Source: Eledone cirrhosa (Eukaryota). Taken from it: a stretch of DNA of 64,000 nt. Under the pieces are notes generated by a model. The model saw nothing but the letters and a program-made list of their open reading frames with translations, was not told the origin of the DNA and ran no database searches. A program made the position numbers and the translations under genes. The stretch spans positions 27,342,001 to 27,406,000 of the forward strand of contig OZ024741.1 of the NCBI GenBank assembly GCA_964016885.1, written 5' to 3'. This document shows positions 60,101-64,000 of the stretch, one piece after another. Numbering within the stretch: position 1 is the stretch's first letter; each line of letters starts with the position of its first letter.

Positions 60101-63100
60101 ACAGGACACATACTAACTACTGAACAGATACTAACTACAGAACACATACTAACTACAGAACACATACTAACTACTGAACAGATACTAACTCAGAACATAT
60201 ACTAACTACAGAACACTTACTACCTACAGAACACACACACATACTAACTACAGAACAAATACTAACTACAGAACATATACACATACTAACTACAGAACAC
60301 TTACTAACTACAGAACATACACACATACTAACTACAGAACACATACTAACTACTGAACACAAACTAACTACAGAACACATAGTAACTACAGAACACATGC
60401 TAACTACTGAACAGATGCTAACTACAGAACACTTACTAACTACAGAACACACACACACATGCTAACTACAGAACACATACATACTAACTACTGAACACAT
60501 ACTAACTACAGAACACATACTAACTGCAGAACACATACTAACTGCAGAACACATACTAACTACAGAACACATACTAACTACTGAACACAAACTAACTACA
60601 GAACACATACTAACTACAGAACACATGCTAACTACTGAACAGATGCTAACTACAGAACACATACTAACTACAGAACGCTTACTAACTACAGAACACACAC
60701 ACACATGCTAACTACAGAATGCTTACTAACTACAGAACACACACACACATGCTAACTACAGAACACATACATACTAACTACTGAACACATACTAACTACA
60801 GAACACATACTAACTGCAGAACACATACTAACTGCAGAATACATACTAACTACAGAACACTTACTAACTACAGAACACACACACATACTAACTACAGAAC
60901 ACATACTAACTACTGAACACATACTAACTACAGAACACATACTAACTACAGAACCCATACTAACTACAGAACATATTCTAACTACAGAACCCATACAAAC
61001 TACAGAACACATACTAACTACAGAACACATACTAACTACTGAGCAGATACTAACTACAGAACACATACTAACTACAGAACACGCACACATACTATCTACA
61101 GAACACATTCTAACTACAGAACACATACTAACTACTGAACACATACTAACTACAGAACACATACTACAGAACACATACTAACTACAGAACACATACTAAC
61201 TACTGAACACATACTAACTACAGAACACACACTAACTACAGAACACATACTAACTACTGAACACATACACATACTAACTACAGAACACATATTACAGAAG
61301 ACATACTAACTACTGAACACATACTACCTACAGAACACTTACTACACAACACACACACATACTAACTACAGAATACTCAATAACTACAGAACACATACTA
61401 ACTACAGAACACACACGCATACAAACTACAGAACACATACTAACTACAGAACACACACACATACTAACTACAGAAAACATACTAACTACTGAACATATAC
61501 TATCTACTGAACACATACTAACTACAGAACTTATATTAACTACTAACACATACTAACTACAGAACACATACACATACTAACTACTGAACACATACTAACT
61601 ACAGAACACATACTAACTACTGAACAGATACTAACTACAGAACACATACATACTAACTACTGAACACATACTAACTACAGAACACATACAAACTACAGAA
61701 CACTTACTAACTACAGAACACATACTAACTACAGAGCACATACTAACTACAGAACACTTACTAACTATTGAACAGATACTAACTACAGAACACTTACTAA
61801 CTACAGAACACTTACTAACTACTGAACACATACTAACTACAGAACACTTACTAACTACAGAAGACACACACATACTAACTACAGAACACATACTAACTAC
61901 AGAACACTTACTAACTACAGAACACTTACTAACTACAGAACACATACTAACTACAGAACACATACTAACTACAGAACACATACTAACTACAGAACACATA
62001 CTAACTACAGAACACATACTGACTACAGAACACATACTAACTACAGAACACATACTAACTACAGAACACTTACTAACTACAGAACACTTACTAACTACAG
62101 AACACTTACTAACTACTGAACACATACTAACTACAGAACACTTACTAACTACAGAACACACACACATACTAACTACCGAATACTTACTAACTACAGAACA
62201 CTTACTAACTACTGAACAGATACTAACTACAGAACACTTACTAACTACAGAACACACACACATACTAACTACAGAACACATACTAACTACAGAACACTTA
62301 CTAACTACAGAACACATACTAACTACAGAACACTTACTAACTACAGAACACATACTAACTACAGAACACTTACTAACTACAGAACACACACACATACTAA
62401 CTACAGAACACATACTAACTACAGATCACTTACTAACTACAGAACACATACTAACTACAGAACACATACTAACTACAGAACACATACTAACTACAGAACA
62501 CTTACTAACTACAGAACACACACACATACTAACTACAGAACACATACTAACTACAGAACACATACTAACTACAGAACACATACTAACTACAGAACACACA
62601 CACATACTAACTACAGAGCACATACTAACTACAGAAAACTTACTAACTACAGAACACATACTAACTACAGAACACATACTAACTACAGAACACTTACTAA
62701 CTACAGAACACTTACTAACTACTGAACACATACTAACTACAGAACACATACTAACTACTGAAAATATACTATCTACTGAACACATACTAACTACAGAACA
62801 CATATTAACTACTAACACATACTAACTACAGAACACATACATATACTAACTACTGAACACATACTAACTACAGAACACATACTAACTACTGAACAGATAC
62901 TAACTACAGAACACATACATACTAACTACTGAACACATACTAACTACAGAACACATACAAACTACAGAACACTTACTAACTACAGAACACATACTAACTA
63001 CAGAGCACATACTAACTACAGAACACTTACTAACTACTGAACAGATACTAACTACAGAACACTTACTAACTACAGAACAGTTACTAACTACTGAACACAT

Positions 63101-64000
63101 ACTAACTACAGAACACTTATTAACTACAGAAGACACACACATACTAACTACAGAACACATACTAACTACAGAACACTTACTAACTACAGAACACTTACTA
63201 ACTACAGAACACATACTAACTACAGAACACATACTAACTACAGAACACATACTAACTACTGAACACATACTAACTACAGAACACATACTAACTACTGAAC
63301 ACATACTAACTACTGAACACATACTAATTACAGAACACATACTAAGTACAGAACACATGCAAACTACTGAACAGATACTAACTACAGAACACATACTGAC
63401 TACTGAACAGATACTAACTACAGAACACATACTAACTACAGAACACATACTAGCTACTGAACACATATTAACTACAGAACACATACTAACTACTGAACAC
63501 ATACTAACTACAGAACACATACATACTAACTACTGAACATATACTAACTACAGAACACATACTAACTACAGAACACATACTAACTGCAGAACACATACTA
63601 ACTACAGAACACACACACATACTAACTACAGAACACTTACTAACTACAGAACACACACACATACTAACTACAGAACACACACACATACTAACTACAGAAC
63701 ACTTACTATCTACAGAACACACACACATACTAACTACAGAACACATACTAACTACTGAACACATACTAACTACTGAACACATACTAACTACTGAACACAT
63801 AGTAACTACAGGACACATACTAACTACTGAACAGATACTAACTACAGAACACATACTAACTACAGAACACATACTAACTACTGAACAGATACTAACTCAG
63901 AACATATACTAACTACAGAACACTTACTACCTACAGAACACACACACATACTAACTACAGAACATATACACATACTAACTACAGAACACTTACTAACTAC
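18115..64000. repeat. Giant 18-bp satellite array ACTAACTAC(A/T)GAACACAT with 16/22/24-bp variants and higher-order duplications
   Basis: Continuous periodicity to the window end. It yields the MCSVVS/TTEHIL pseudo-ORFs. Confidence 0.98.

Noticed and set aside
18535-63872. Numerous long ORFs (MCSVVS)n / (TTEHIL)n as a Cys-rich repeat protein gene
   Set aside because: They are a by-product of an 18-bp unit with no stop in those frames. Frequent 16/22-bp units shift the frame, and there is no unique coding sequence or splice structure.
18115-64000. Telomeric or recursive-splicing array
   Set aside because: No TTAGGG-type units, and the AG in the monomer is followed by AAC rather than GT, so there are no ratchet (AG|GT) sites.

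Overview
Eukaryotic (animal) genomic DNA. The SINE/MITE repertoire and repeat-rich introns look like octopus or another coleoid cephalopod (inference). The first ~18 kb hold five in-frame + strand coding exons of a class VI POU transcription factor (POU6F/pdm3-like): 7513-7707, 9512-9648, 11743-12703, 14801-14978 and 15778-15998. Splice phases are consistent throughout. The 5' exons and the last homeodomain exon lie outside the window. The introns contain minisatellites (30, 12, 20 and 74 bp units), tRNA-derived SINEs, RTE-like LINE fragments, an internally deleted DD37D (maT) Tc1/mariner element, two TTAA MITEs, a hAT MITE and three Penelope-type hammerhead-ribozyme-like motifs. From ~18.1 kb to the window end (>45 kb) is an 18-bp satellite (ACTAACTACAGAACACAT) with multi-kb higher-order duplications, apparently inside the intron that splits the homeodomain. 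Most monomers carry, on the sense strand, the branch-point / STAR-protein motif TACTAAC. Nearly all long ORFs in the ORF track are repeat artefacts.
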